NCBI GenBank assembly: GCA_949297715.1
Contig: CASFTJ010000002.1
Coordinates: 103,112-127,111, forward strand
Direction of reading: 5' to 3'
Length of the DNA stretch: 24,000 nucleotides
DNA from: an uncultured bacterium
GTDB taxonomy: Bacteria > Cyanobacteriota > Vampirovibrionia > Gastranaerophilales > Gastranaerophilaceae
Shown here piece after piece: positions 6,820 through 16,328 of the stretch (its first letter is position 1; each line of letters starts with the position of its first letter). The translations under genes and the position numbers were made by a program. Below the pieces are notes generated by a model. It was not told where the DNA came from and ran no database searches. It saw only the letters and a list, made by a program, of their open reading frames with translations.

Positions 6820-8220
6820 TTAAATATTTTTCAGATAATTTAAGAAAGTTCTAACCCCGGCTCCTGTTGCACCTGCAATAAATTCTTTTTGCGGCTTTTC
6901 AAGGAACGCAGTTCCTGCGATATCAATGTGACACCATTTGGGACCGGAAACAAATTCTTTAAGGAAAATTCCTGCAATAGACGCGCCCCCTTGGCGTGAA
7001 CCGGTATTTTTCATATCAGCGATGTCAGATTTAAGGCTGTCTTTATATTCAGGAAACATTGGAAGTTCCCAGTAAGTTTCTCCGCTTGATTTAGCGGTAT
7101 CAATGAGTCTATTAATCATATCTTCGTTATTTCCCATGATTCCCGAAGCAACTGTCCCCAAAGCAACCATGCAGGCACCTGTAAGCGTTGCAATATCAAT
7201 AACCTCATCAACACCAAGTTCGCAAGCATAGCAAAGTGCATCCGCTAAAGTCAAACGGCCTTCTGCGTCTGTATTGTCGACTTCGATTGTTTTTCCGTTT
7301 TTAGCGGTTAAGATATCTCCGGGTTTGTAAGAGCTTCCGGACGGCATATTTTCGCAAGCTGCAATAATCCCGTGAACTTCAACATCCGGTTCAAGATATT
7401 TTAGAGCGCTCATAACCCCTAAAATGCAAGCTGCACCTGACATGTCATCTCTCATAGTAAGCATTGACGATGCCGGTTTAATATCAAGACCGCCTGAGTC
7501 AAAACAGATTCCTTTTCCGATAAGAGCAATTTTTCTCTTAACGTTTTTGCCTGTATATTTCATGTGAATGAATTTGGGCGGGTTAACGCTTCCCTGTCCA
7601 ACGGCAAGAAATGCTCCCATACCCATTCTTTCGATTTCGTCTTTGTCGTAAATTTGTGTTGTAATACCTTCAAGATTTTTGGCAACTTCTGCAAGTTTAG
7701 AAGGTGTTACAATTTGAGCTGATTCGTTAGCCAGATCTCTTGTAAGCTTCATTGCATTTGCAAAAATTATTCCTTCTTTAACTTCTTTTTCGCTGAATTT
7801 TGCAAAAGTAATTTCGTCAACTTTGTCGACTTTTTTATTTTTGTATTTATCAAAAGCATAATCTGCAATTAACGCTCCAATAGCAGCGGATTTGCCGTAA
7901 TCAGCGTTAATATCAAAATCGAAGCAGGCATTTTTAGCTTTAATTTGCTGTAATTTTTTAACTGATTTAGCAACAGCCTGGCGCATTTTGTTTGCATCAA
8001 ATTCTTCTTTTTTACCAAGTCCGACGATAAGAATTTTATCAGCGGGAATTTGGCCTAATGTGTGCATCAAATATGTTTCGCAAAACTTGCCTTCAAAACG
8101 ATCTTTTTCGACAGCGTATTTATTAGCAAGTTCCACGGTAGTTTTTTCACCCTCAAACTTGCCAATAACAAGGACTTCGCAAGGGGTGGAAGTGACGTTT
8201 TCAGATACTTTAATTTCCAT
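6820..8220 (-). CDS. pepA: Leucyl aminopeptidase (M17 family), 466 aa
   Basis: Contains the M17 signature NTDAEGRLTLADAL, plus the GKGICFDSGG and MRDDMSGAA motifs. Confidence 0.93.
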   Translation of the reverse strand: MEIKVSENVTSTPCEVLVIGKFEGEKTTVELANKYAVEKDRFEGKFCETYLMHTLGQIPADKILIVGLGKKEEFDANKMRQAVAKSVKKLQQIKAKNACFDFDINADYGKSAAIGALIADYAFDKYKNKKVDKVDEITFAKFSEKEVKEGIIFANAMKLTRDLANESAQIVTPSKLAEVAKNLEGITTQIYDKDEIERMGMGAFLAVGQGSVNPPKFIHMKYTGKNVKRKIALIGKGICFDSGGLDIKPASSMLTMRDDMSGAACILGVMSALKYLEPDVEVHGIIAACENMPSGSSYKPGDILTAKNGKTIEVDNTDAEGRLTLADALCYACELGVDEVIDIATLTGACMVALGTVASGIMGNNEDMINRLIDTAKSSGETYWELPMFPEYKDSLKSDIADMKNTGSRQGGASIAGIFLKEFVSGPKWCHIDIAGTAFLEKPQKEFIAGATGAGVRTFLNYLKNI

Positions 8221-8339
8221 GGTTCTCTCCTTCTTAACGACTTAATTATACACATATTTTGAAGAATTGTAAATTTATTTTTATGAGTGACAAAATAAAA
8301 TCTTGATAAGTTTTAGAAAAAGGGCAAAAGGAGATAAAA

Positions 8340-8912
8340 ATGGATATAAAAGTTACTCCGAAAATCAATTCAAAACAAAATTATAATCAAAACAGCATAC
8401 CGAATTTTACGGCAATGTTAAAAGGTTCTGCAGTCAGAAATGCAATAAAATCTGCAAAAGATTCGTTTCAGTTAAGTGAGATAGGCGAAATTTTGGATAA
8501 CGTCAGTAAAATGGGGGATAAAGATACATTAATTGACTGTTCTTATGATGGTTTGGTAAAGGTTTCAAATTCCAAAATGGGCAAGACAGTTTATCAAACA
8601 AAACTAAAAGCAAATGAAAAATCAAGCAATCCGTATTTGGAAATGCTAAGGGCATTTAACAGCAGGAGTAATGTAAACAGATATGAATACGGGCTTATAA
8701 ACAGAATATTTACGCATAATAAAAACAAACAAAATTTGTATAATTTATTGAATACTTATAGTTTTTCACCGGCCACAAAACTTCTTATTGAATACGAATC
8801 TTCAAAGTATCCGTCGATAGTAAAAAAATCAGATACAGAAGTATTTTTTGAGAAGATTGATGTTGAAAAAATGAAAGAGCAAATGTTGAAGACTTTAAGT
8901 TCACATTTTTAA
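8340..8912 (+). CDS. Hypothetical protein, 190 aa, no recognisable family
   Basis: Strong AAAGGAG Shine-Dalgarno 5-6 nt upstream of the ATG. The product is N/K/S-rich and soluble-looking, with no signal peptide or TM segment seen. It is a monocistronic-looking unit between pepA and rny. Confidence 0.6.
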   Translation: MDIKVTPKINSKQNYNQNSIPNFTAMLKGSAVRNAIKSAKDSFQLSEIGEILDNVSKMGDKDTLIDCSYDGLVKVSNSKMGKTVYQTKLKANEKSSNPYLEMLRAFNSRSNVNRYEYGLINRIFTHNKNKQNLYNLLNTYSFSPATKLLIEYESSKYPSIVKKSDTEVFFEKIDVEKMKEQMLKTLSSHF

Positions 8913-9117
8913 AATACAATGTATCAAAAAATAAATAACTACTATACAAATGAGTATTTGCATGATATGATATTGACAGATGTAGTAGGTAAATATTTTT
9001 GGATATATATGCAATGAAATTCATTTAAATATTAATTTGGTGAAAGCTCGATAGGATATATGTATCGGGCGTTGCGTGTATTATTAAAAAATAGAAAAGG
9101 ATAAGGTAAAAAACTTC

Positions 9118-10638
9118 ATGGATTTTTTATTAATTATCGCGATTATTGTGGTAATAGCATTAGTCGCTGTGCTGATTATCCAGCAAAACAAAGTTAAGTC
9201 CGTATTAAAAGACATTGAAAAAGACAGAAACGCATTAGAAGAAAAAGAGAAATTGCTTTTAAAAGAAGCCAAAATCAAAGCAATAGAAGAGCTTCAAAAT
9301 GACAGGGACAAATTAAACGAAGAAGAAAGAGAACGCAGACAGGAAATTGCAAGATTAGAAACAAAGTTGGCAAAACGAGAGGATGTTCTTGAGGATAAAA
9401 TTCAGGAATATACAGACAAAGAAGTTCAGGTTCAAAAGAAGTTAGATGAACTTTTGGATAAAGAGGATTATCTTGCGGAAATAGTTCAGAAACAGACAAC
9501 TGAGTTAGAAAGAATAGCCGGCATGAGTGCCGAAGAAGCAAAAAATATGCTTCTTGATCAATTAAAGCATGATTTAGCTCAGGAGCAAATGCAATTAATA
9601 AGAGAAAACGAAGCGAAAATAAAAGAATCTGCACTGGAAAAATCAAAAGAGATATTATCGACAACAATGCAGAGATGTATGATAGAGCAGGTTGTAGAAA
9701 CAACAGTATCAGTAGTCGCATTGCCGAATGATGAGATGAAAGGCCGCATAATCGGTCGTGAAGGCAGAAACATCAGAGCATTGGAAACCTTGACAGGTGT
9801 AGATTTAATCATTGATGATACTCCTGAAGCCGTAGTATTATCAAGTTTTGATCCTGTAAGAAGGGAAATTGCGAAACTTGCTTTGGAAAAGTTGATTGTA
9901 GACGGCAGAATCCACCCTGTACGAATAGAAGAAATGGTAGAAAAAGCCAGAGAAGAAATAGAAAAGAAAATTTGGACAGAGGGTGAAAACGCAGCTTTAG
10001 AGATGGGTGTAATGGGCTTAAATAAAGAGCTTATAAAAACCTTAGGGCGTTTATATTACAGAACAAGTTACGGTCAGAATGTTCTTAAACATTCGCTTGA
10101 AGTCGGACATATTGCAGGAATGCTTGCAGCAGAGCTTGGCGCAAATGAAATGATAGCAAAACGAGCAGGTCTGTTGCATGATATCGGGAAAGCCGTTGAC
10201 CAAACTCAAGAAGGTACGCATATTCAACTTGGTGTAGAACTTGCGGCACGCTATGGTGAGCGTCCTGAGGTAATCCATGCAATAGAAGCACACCATGATG
10301 ATGTAGTAGCTAATACAATTGAAGCAGTGTTGGTAAAAGTTGCCGATGCAATTTCAGCAGGCCGCCCTGGCGCAAGACGTGATACTTTAGAAATTTACAT
10401 TAAACGTCTTCAAAAAATAGAAGAAATTGTAAACAGTTACGAAGGAATAAAACAATCTTTTGCAGTTCAGGCAGGTCGAGAGGTTAGAATAATTGTAGAG
10501 GCTGAAAAATTCGATGATTTAGCGTCTCAAAAATTAGCAAGAGATGTTGCAAAACGAATTGAGGATGAACTTGATTACCCGGGACAAATTAGAGTAACGG
10601 TAGTTCGAGAATTCAGAACAACAGAGATTGCAAAATAA
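9118..10638 (+). CDS. rny: Ribonuclease Y, 506 aa
   Basis: N-terminal TM helix ([21 protein letters not shown]), a coiled-coil region, a KH domain ([15 protein letters not shown]) and an HD domain (LLHDIGKA...HH). Confidence 0.95.
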   Translation: MDFLLIIAIIVVIALVAVLIIQQNKVKSVLKDIEKDRNALEEKEKLLLKEAKIKAIEELQNDRDKLNEEERERRQEIARLETKLAKREDVLEDKIQEYTDKEVQVQKKLDELLDKEDYLAEIVQKQTTELERIAGMSAEEAKNMLLDQLKHDLAQEQMQLIRENEAKIKESALEKSKEILSTTMQRCMIEQVVETTVSVVALPNDEMKGRIIGREGRNIRALETLTGVDLIIDDTPEAVVLSSFDPVRREIAKLALEKLIVDGRIHPVRIEEMVEKAREEIEKKIWTEGENAALEMGVMGLNKELIKTLGRLYYRTSYGQNVLKHSLEVGHIAGMLAAELGANEMIAKRAGLLHDIGKAVDQTQEGTHIQLGVELAARYGERPEVIHAIEAHHDDVVANTIEAVLVKVADAISAGRPGARRDTLEIYIKRLQKIEEIVNSYEGIKQSFAVQAGREVRIIVEAEKFDDLASQKLARDVAKRIEDELDYPGQIRVTVVREFRTTEIAK

Positions 10639-10651
10639 ATAAAAAATATTG

Positions 10652-10687
10652 AAAAAACTTTCGTGAATAAAAAAGCGAAAGTTTTTT
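10652..10687 (+). terminator. Stem-loop with a T-tract between rny and ymdB (terminator or attenuator)
   Basis: AAAAAACTTTCG (10652-10663) pairs with CGAAAGTTTTTT (10676-10687). Confidence 0.5.
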
Positions 10688-10714
10688 CAAAATAAAAATT
10701 TAAAAGGTGAATTG

Positions 10715-11545
10715 ATGTCAGGTGATGAAAAAAATATAAAAATACTATTCTTTGGCGATATTGTCGGAAAACCCGGAAGGAGTGCCGTAAAAACTTATCT
10801 TGAAAATGTTTCTGAAAACGAAAGATATGATTTTGTGATTGCAAATGCAGAAAATGCATCGCACGGTTTTGGTCTGACCGAGAAAAATTACCATGAATTG
10901 TCCTCTTACGGAATAGATTGTATGACATCAGGCAACCATATTTGGGATAAAAAGGATATTTTTAATTACATTGATAATGCCGATAAACTTTTGCGTCCTA
11001 TGAATTACCCTGAAGGAGTTCAAGGGTTCGGAAGCAGAATTTTTGAATGCGGCGAATATAAAATCGGTGTTATAAACCTCTTGGGCAGGGTTTTTATGAA
11101 CCTTGTGGATGACCCGTTTAAAATTGCAGAAAGAGAAATTAAAAAGATAAAAGAGATAACGCCGATTGTGATAGTGGATTTTCACGCCGAGGCAACCGCA
11201 GAAAAAATATGTCTTGCGAAGTTTTGTTCGGAATTAGGTGTAAGTTTATTTTTAGGCACTCACACACACGTGCAGACCGCAGATGAAAAGATTTTAAATG
11301 ATAAAACGGGATATATAACCGATGCCGGATTTTGCGGCACGATAGATTCTGTGATAGGAATGGAATATCAAACTTCATTGAATCGATTTTTAAAAGGAAT
11401 TCCCGAGCGTTATGACATAGCAGAAGGCGATATTACGCAGATAAATGCCGTAGAGGCTGAAATTAATCCGAATACGGGTTATACTTCTGCTATAAAAAGG
11501 ATTTTTTGTAGCATAGATAAAGTAGAAAAGGATGAAAATGAATGA
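10715..11545 (+). CDS. ymdB: YmdB-family metallophosphoesterase (2',3'-cyclic-nucleotide phosphodiesterase, TIGR00282-type)
   Basis: Contains the GDIVGKPGR, ANAENASHGFG, SGNHIWD, DFHAEATAEK and GTHTHVQTADE motifs. It lies immediately downstream of rny, as in Bacillus. The ATG at 10715 (after AAGGTGA) is preferred over the track's TTG at 10712. Confidence 0.9.
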   Translation: MSGDEKNIKILFFGDIVGKPGRSAVKTYLENVSENERYDFVIANAENASHGFGLTEKNYHELSSYGIDCMTSGNHIWDKKDIFNYIDNADKLLRPMNYPEGVQGFGSRIFECGEYKIGVINLLGRVFMNLVDDPFKIAEREIKKIKEITPIVIVDFHAEATAEKICLAKFCSELGVSLFLGTHTHVQTADEKILNDKTGYITDAGFCGTIDSVIGMEYQTSLNRFLKGIPERYDIAEGDITQINAVEAEINPNTGYTSAIKRIFCSIDKVEKDENE

Positions 11546-12396
11546 AAAGCGATTTGCATATTCATACATATTATTCGGACGGAGTTTTCAGTCCAGAAAA
11601 AATCGTTGACACAGCGCTTGATGTCGGACTTGAAGTTATTGCATTAACAGATCACGACAATGTACTTTCTTATGATGTCGCAAAAAATCATTTGAAAGAA
11701 GTCGGTGCCGAAGATAAACTTGAAATTATACAGGGTGTCGAAATTAATACGCTTTATAAAAATTATGAAGTACATATTTTAGGTTATTTTTTTGATTCCC
11801 AGAACAGCGACTTTAAAAGGTTGTTGAAAACTCAGCAGGATGCACGTATTGAGCAGACTAACGAAATAATTTCACTTTTGTATAAAAAAGAAGGAATAAA
11901 AATAAAGTATGAAGATATAGTAAAACAGGTTGCATCTGGCGGCAGTATCGGGCGTCCGCATATAGCAAAAGCTATTACAAATGCAGGCGGAACCTCAAGT
12001 GTAATGGAGGCTTATGCAAAATATATTCACGATGACAGTCCGGTGTATGTTCCGAGAAAAACGGTATCTCCTCACGATGCAGTTGAGATAATTTATGATG
12101 CGGGCGGGATTCCAGTTATTGCGCATCCGCATGATATTGATATAGCGGAAACCTTAATAAAAGAGCTTATGAATTACGGTTTAAGAGGGATTGAAGCGTA
12201 TCATAGAAAACATTCGCCTGCGTGTGTTGAATATTTTTCATCAATGGCAGAAAGTTTAGGGTTAATTGTAACAGGCGGATCGGATTTTCACGCTCCGAAT
12301 CTGGTTAATGGTCAGATAATATTAGGCAAGCATTTTGTACCGGAATGGGTTTATGACAAACTTATCAAGGAAAAGAAATTAATGGATATGGCGTAA
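11542..12396 (+). CDS. PHP-domain phosphoesterase (TrpH/YciV-like), 284 aa
   Basis: Contains the DLHIHTYYSDG, ALTDHD, AHPH and GGSDFH motifs. Its start overlaps the ymdB stop (ATGA at 11542-11545). Confidence 0.85.
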   Translation: MKSDLHIHTYYSDGVFSPEKIVDTALDVGLEVIALTDHDNVLSYDVAKNHLKEVGAEDKLEIIQGVEINTLYKNYEVHILGYFFDSQNSDFKRLLKTQQDARIEQTNEIISLLYKKEGIKIKYEDIVKQVASGGSIGRPHIAKAITNAGGTSSVMEAYAKYIHDDSPVYVPRKTVSPHDAVEIIYDAGGIPVIAHPHDIDIAETLIKELMNYGLRGIEAYHRKHSPACVEYFSSMAESLGLIVTGGSDFHAPNLVNGQIILGKHFVPEWVYDKLIKEKKLMDMA

Positions 12397-13032
12397 ATGG
12401 CAAAAAGAAAACTTTTAAAACTTGAATATATGGTGACATTGTTTGTCATAATTGCGGTAATTCTTATAATAATACCGATTGATATTGAAAGTACCGTACA
12501 GGCAAACTTTATATCAAGATGGAATGACAAATTTGCCAGATTAGAGTATATGTTTGAAGTAATTTCGACACATGAAAAAGATGAGATTTTAAAGAGTTTT
12601 AAAAGAGCCCAAAATTCAGAAGAACGCGAAACGATTTTGATGAATTTAATAAAACCATACTTTAGACTACATAAAGAGAAATTGCCAAAACGTTATACTG
12701 TAAGATTTTTAAATAATAACAAAGTTCCGATAACAGATAAGTATTATTTTGAGGATTTGTATTTTGGAGAAAACGGCTTAATCGTCGGAATAAAAGATAT
12801 CGACAGTAAAAATCCTGATGAATTGGCATTTATGATGATGTTTGATATAAACGGAATTTTACCTCCGAATACTTGGGGCAAGGATATTTATGGAGTTGAT
12901 ATAAAAAACGGTTCAATTAAACCTTTTGGGGCAGATTTATCAATGGAAAAATTACAGGAAGATTGTTCTGAAAAGGGTACAGGATTGGGATGTTCTTATT
13001 ATTACAATATAGGCGGTGGATTTAATGATTAA
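12397..13032 (+). CDS. Divergent pilin-like membrane-anchored protein, a paralogue of 16747..17454 that lacks the Gly(-1) prepilin cleavage site; 211 aa
   Basis: The N-terminus is MAKRKLLKLEYMVTLFVIIAVILIIIPI: an N-terminal hydrophobic helix with a Glu in the +5-like position but no G|F. The C-terminal FDINGILPPNTWGKDIYGVDIKNGSIKPFG parallels IDLNGPKNPNIIGIDVFQFEIDTSRGIIAGFG in 16747..17454, and both are followed by a Cys pair. The ATG directly abuts the PHP gene stop (TAAATG). Confidence 0.6.
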   Translation: MAKRKLLKLEYMVTLFVIIAVILIIIPIDIESTVQANFISRWNDKFARLEYMFEVISTHEKDEILKSFKRAQNSEERETILMNLIKPYFRLHKEKLPKRYTVRFLNNNKVPITDKYYFEDLYFGENGLIVGIKDIDSKNPDELAFMMMFDINGILPPNTWGKDIYGVDIKNGSIKPFGADLSMEKLQEDCSEKGTGLGCSYYYNIGGGFND

Positions 13033-13612
13033 AAAGGTATGTGTATTTGCAAGTTCGAGTTCCAAAATAGATATATGTTATTATGAAGCTGCAGAAAAGT
13101 TAGGATATATTCTTGCAGAAAACGGATTTGATATTGTATATGGCGGAAGTTCTCTAGGTTTGATGTGGGCTTGCGCCGGAACTGCTTACAAAAACGGTGC
13201 AAATGTTTACGGGGTTATGCCCCAAAGACTTTATAATATGGGAGTAGCAACAGACAGCGGAGTAGAATTGACTGTAACAGAGTGTATGCGAACCCGAAAA
13301 GCTGAGATGGACAGAATGTCAGATGCTATCGTTGCACTTCCGGGTGGGTTTGGGACTTTGGAAGAATTGTCGGAAATGATTGTTCAAAAGCAGCTTGGAT
13401 ATAATAACAAACCTGTGATTATATTAAATACGAACGGATTTTATAACAAGCTTGTTGAATTTTTTGACACGATTATTATGCAGAATTTCGGAAAAGGCGG
13501 ACATCGGGAAATTTATTATATAGCAGAAGCTCCAAAAGATGTGATTGATTATTTAAAGAATTACAAAGCAGACTCTAAACCTGTCACAAAAGAAGATATA
13601 TACGTTAAATAG
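13025..13612 (+). CDS. LOG-family protein (TIGR00730; nucleotide 5'-monophosphate nucleosidase / cytokinin riboside 5'-monophosphate phosphoribohydrolase-like)
   Basis: Contains VCVFASSS, YGGSSLGLM, the PGGFGTLEE signature and KPVIILN. The ATG at 13025 overlaps the upstream stop (ATGATTAA). The track's GTG at 13016 is an alternative start. Confidence 0.88.
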   Translation: MIKKVCVFASSSSKIDICYYEAAEKLGYILAENGFDIVYGGSSLGLMWACAGTAYKNGANVYGVMPQRLYNMGVATDSGVELTVTECMRTRKAEMDRMSDAIVALPGGFGTLEELSEMIVQKQLGYNNKPVIILNTNGFYNKLVEFFDTIIMQNFGKGGHREIYYIAEAPKDVIDYLKNYKADSKPVTKEDIYVK

Positions 13613-13621
13613 AGAAAAAAT

Positions 13622-14281
13622 ATGCAATATGTTTCAATAAAAAAAGTTCTAAAAGACGGCAGAGAAGTTTTTCAGGTTCCTGCACTAAACTTAAAAAATT
13701 CTGAAGGTACGACAAAACAAAGAATAGCTCATCCTTTAGGAGATGATTATTTGGAATTTAACACTCTGGAAGAAGCAATACGTTCTGCTGAGCTTTCGGG
13801 GTTTAAGTACATTCTTCCTGATGGGACAAAGCCTTTAGAGGCAAAAAAAGAACAGCTCATAAACAATAATATTGACGATATGGTTTATAATACTTTGATA
13901 AAGCAGGTTCGAGACATAAATTCGTCCGTTGTTGCGGCTTCAATCACAGCACTTGGCGAATTAGGGGATATAAAATTAATCGACCTATTTATAGAAAAAA
14001 TGGGCGAGGATAATGATTCTGTGAGAACAAGCGCAATTAATTCCATTTTGAATTTCGGCGAAGCAGGAACAGAAAAACTTCTTCAAGCTTTAAAAGATGA
14101 AAATTGGGTTCGAAGAAATTCCGCCCTTATAACCTTTTCCCGCTTGATAGACAGCGAAACCGTTAATCCCGAAAAGATTTTGCCTTCATTAATTGTCATG
14201 ACGGAAGATAAAAACACAATCGTGAAAACTTCTGCCATTCAAACACTTGGTAAAGCTTATAAATTGTATAAGAAAGATTAA
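13622..14281 (+). CDS. HEAT-repeat protein with an unassigned ~90-aa N-terminal region, 219 aa
   Basis: HEAT/PBS-lyase-like repeats are visible: SSVVAASITALGELGD, DSVRTSAINSILNFGE, ENWVRRNSALITFSRL, NTIVKTSAIQTLGKA. Confidence 0.7.
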   Translation: MQYVSIKKVLKDGREVFQVPALNLKNSEGTTKQRIAHPLGDDYLEFNTLEEAIRSAELSGFKYILPDGTKPLEAKKEQLINNNIDDMVYNTLIKQVRDINSSVVAASITALGELGDIKLIDLFIEKMGEDNDSVRTSAINSILNFGEAGTEKLLQALKDENWVRRNSALITFSRLIDSETVNPEKILPSLIVMTEDKNTIVKTSAIQTLGKAYKLYKKD

Positions 14282-14307
14282 TTTTTTAAATTCTTTCTGC
14301 TATGGGG

Positions 14308-14841
14308 CTAATATTTAAGCATAGAAACAACTTTGCCACAGTCGTTAAGCTTTTCTCGTCCTTGTAAAGCTTCAAGTTCAATTAAAAAAGCAATTCCGAC
14401 AAGATTAGCGCCTGTCTTTTTGACCAGTTTGCAAGCCGCTTCTGCAGTTCCGCCTGTTGCAAGAAGATCGTCAACTATCAAAACATTTGCACCTTCAGGA
14501 AGTGCGTCTTTATGGATTTCAATTTTATCAGTGCCGTATTCAAGAGCATATTCCTGTGAATAAGTTTCAGCAGGAAGTTTGTGCGGTTTTCTGATTGGCA
14601 CAAATCCTGCATTCATTTTATAAGCCATCGGCATTCCGAATATAAACCCTCTTGATTCAATCCCTGCAACGTAGTCAATTTTTATATCCTTAAACTGATC
14701 ACAAAGATAATCAATCATAATTCTTAAAGTTTCAGGTTCTTTAAGAGCGGTTGTTATATCTCTGAAAATAATTCCTTCTTTTGGAAAATTTTCTACGTTT
14801 CTTATTTTATTTTTAACATCTTGGATTGTCAGTGTTGTCAT
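14308..14841 (-). CDS. apt: Adenine phosphoribosyltransferase, 177 aa
   Basis: Contains the PRPP-binding motif VLIVDDLLATGGTA, plus GIESRGFIFG. An AAGGAG Shine-Dalgarno lies upstream. Confidence 0.93.
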   Translation of the reverse strand: MTTLTIQDVKNKIRNVENFPKEGIIFRDITTALKEPETLRIMIDYLCDQFKDIKIDYVAGIESRGFIFGMPMAYKMNAGFVPIRKPHKLPAETYSQEYALEYGTDKIEIHKDALPEGANVLIVDDLLATGGTAEAACKLVKKTGANLVGIAFLIELEALQGREKLNDCGKVVSMLKY

Positions 14842-14859
14842 TTTAGTTTTAATCTCCTT

Positions 14860-16197
14860 TTATATTTTAGTTAATTTTTCTTCGTCTATATTCGCTTGTT
14901 CTTCCATTACAAGCCCGTGGGCAGTTTTACCCCATTCCAAATCTTTTTTGAAAAACAGTATTTTAAAAGTTATGAATAATACAAGCGGGAACCATATTAT
15001 GAAAAGGTAAACCGATGTTTGAAGCGCTTCAAACATCGCATCAAGCCTTGGCAAATTATCATAACGTCTTAAAGCATAACGAGCTGCAAGAAAGAATCCC
15101 AATCCCACAATACAGCCTAAAACTATTGAAGAATAAAGTGTTTGAGTCGGAGCATCTTTTGCAAGAATTTTGAAAAGTCTGATTAGAATTTCCAAAATAA
15201 ACCACCCGGGCATGATAAATTCTGATACGTATGCCGTCATATCTAAGCTCGCTCTTAATGACATTTTTCTTGAAAAAAGCACCTGATCGAAATATTCAAG
15301 ATATCTTCGAATTGTTCCTTCAAGCCATCTTCTTCTCTGTCTGAAAAGCGGCCAGATGTATATAATTCCTTCTTCATAAACAATAGCGTCAGGGCAGAAT
15401 CTTATATCCCAACCCTTAATGTGAAGTCTTGTAGACATATCAAGGTCGTCTGTAATTGTATAATTGTTCCATCCTCCGATATCTTCTATTGCTTCTCTTT
15501 TAATAAGTTCGCCGTTTCCTCTTAATTCAACCGCACCTTTAACACAGTCACGAGTTACTTGGAAATGCGTATCCATTGTATATTCATTGTTTTGGCATCG
15601 AGTCAGAAGATTGTAATTCTTATTTCGGATAACCTTTCTTGCCTGAACAGCTCCGACATCCTTTGGCTCCAATTCAGGAACAAGTTTAGACAGAAAATCC
15701 GATTCAACTGTCGCATCTGCGTCAAAAACAAGAATAGCATCGCCTTTGGCGATTTTATAAGCGTCATTTAAAACAGCTGATTTACCCGGAAAAGCATCTT
15801 TTTCTCTAATAAGTGCCGTAATTGGTGTAAATCTTTCAGCCAGTTTTTGAATAACTTCTGCTGTGTTGTCTGTACTTCTGTCATCAATCAGAATAATCTC
15901 AAAGTTCGGATAATTAAGGCTCATAATGTTTGCCGCCGTATGCTCAATAACTGATTCTTCGTTATGGCATGGAACCAGAATACTTACAAACGGCTTATAG
16001 TCAGGATTGATAATTTTGGGGTGTTTTTGAAGATGCCTTTTTTTTAATTTGTACGCAAGGTTCATAAACAGAACGTAAACTGCCATTGCCGAGCATAATA
16101 ACGCAAGCCCCCAAATAGTGTTGAAGTAACTTTGGAATATATAAATAAATATCCCCATGCCGAAAACTATTATAAATAAAACGATTCGTTCCTTCAT
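14860..16197 (-). CDS. Integral-membrane family-2 glycosyltransferase (processive synthase-like), 445 aa
   Basis: Contains the DDRSTDNT, VFDADA (DxD), TDDLD and QRRRWLEG (QxxRW) motifs. Two N-terminal and several C-terminal hydrophobic helices. Confidence 0.85.
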   Translation of the reverse strand: MKERIVLFIIVFGMGIFIYIFQSYFNTIWGLALLCSAMAVYVLFMNLAYKLKKRHLQKHPKIINPDYKPFVSILVPCHNEESVIEHTAANIMSLNYPNFEIILIDDRSTDNTAEVIQKLAERFTPITALIREKDAFPGKSAVLNDAYKIAKGDAILVFDADATVESDFLSKLVPELEPKDVGAVQARKVIRNKNYNLLTRCQNNEYTMDTHFQVTRDCVKGAVELRGNGELIKREAIEDIGGWNNYTITDDLDMSTRLHIKGWDIRFCPDAIVYEEGIIYIWPLFRQRRRWLEGTIRRYLEYFDQVLFSRKMSLRASLDMTAYVSEFIMPGWFILEILIRLFKILAKDAPTQTLYSSIVLGCIVGLGFFLAARYALRRYDNLPRLDAMFEALQTSVYLFIIWFPLVLFITFKILFFKKDLEWGKTAHGLVMEEQANIDEEKLTKI

Positions 16198-16328
16198 AAT
16201 AACCTCTATATTAAGCTTAAATTCTTAAATTCCTCTCCCTAATCAAGTAACATCAATTAATATTGTACCAAAAAAACAGAAAAAATGGCACAAAATCGCA
16301 TAAATAATGTAAAAATTCCTTAAAATAC

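Noticed and set aside
8785-9024. 79-aa minus-strand ORF, plus a 32-aa plus-strand ORF starting near 8928, in the 8913..9117 spacer
   Set aside because: Neither has a Shine-Dalgarno. One overlaps the 3' end of the 190-aa gene, and the compositions look non-coding.
9275-9812. 148-aa and 77-aa minus-strand ORFs antisense to rny
   Set aside because: The products are leucine/phenylalanine-rich and low-complexity, mirroring the E/K-rich coiled-coil codons of RNase Y. No independent start signals.
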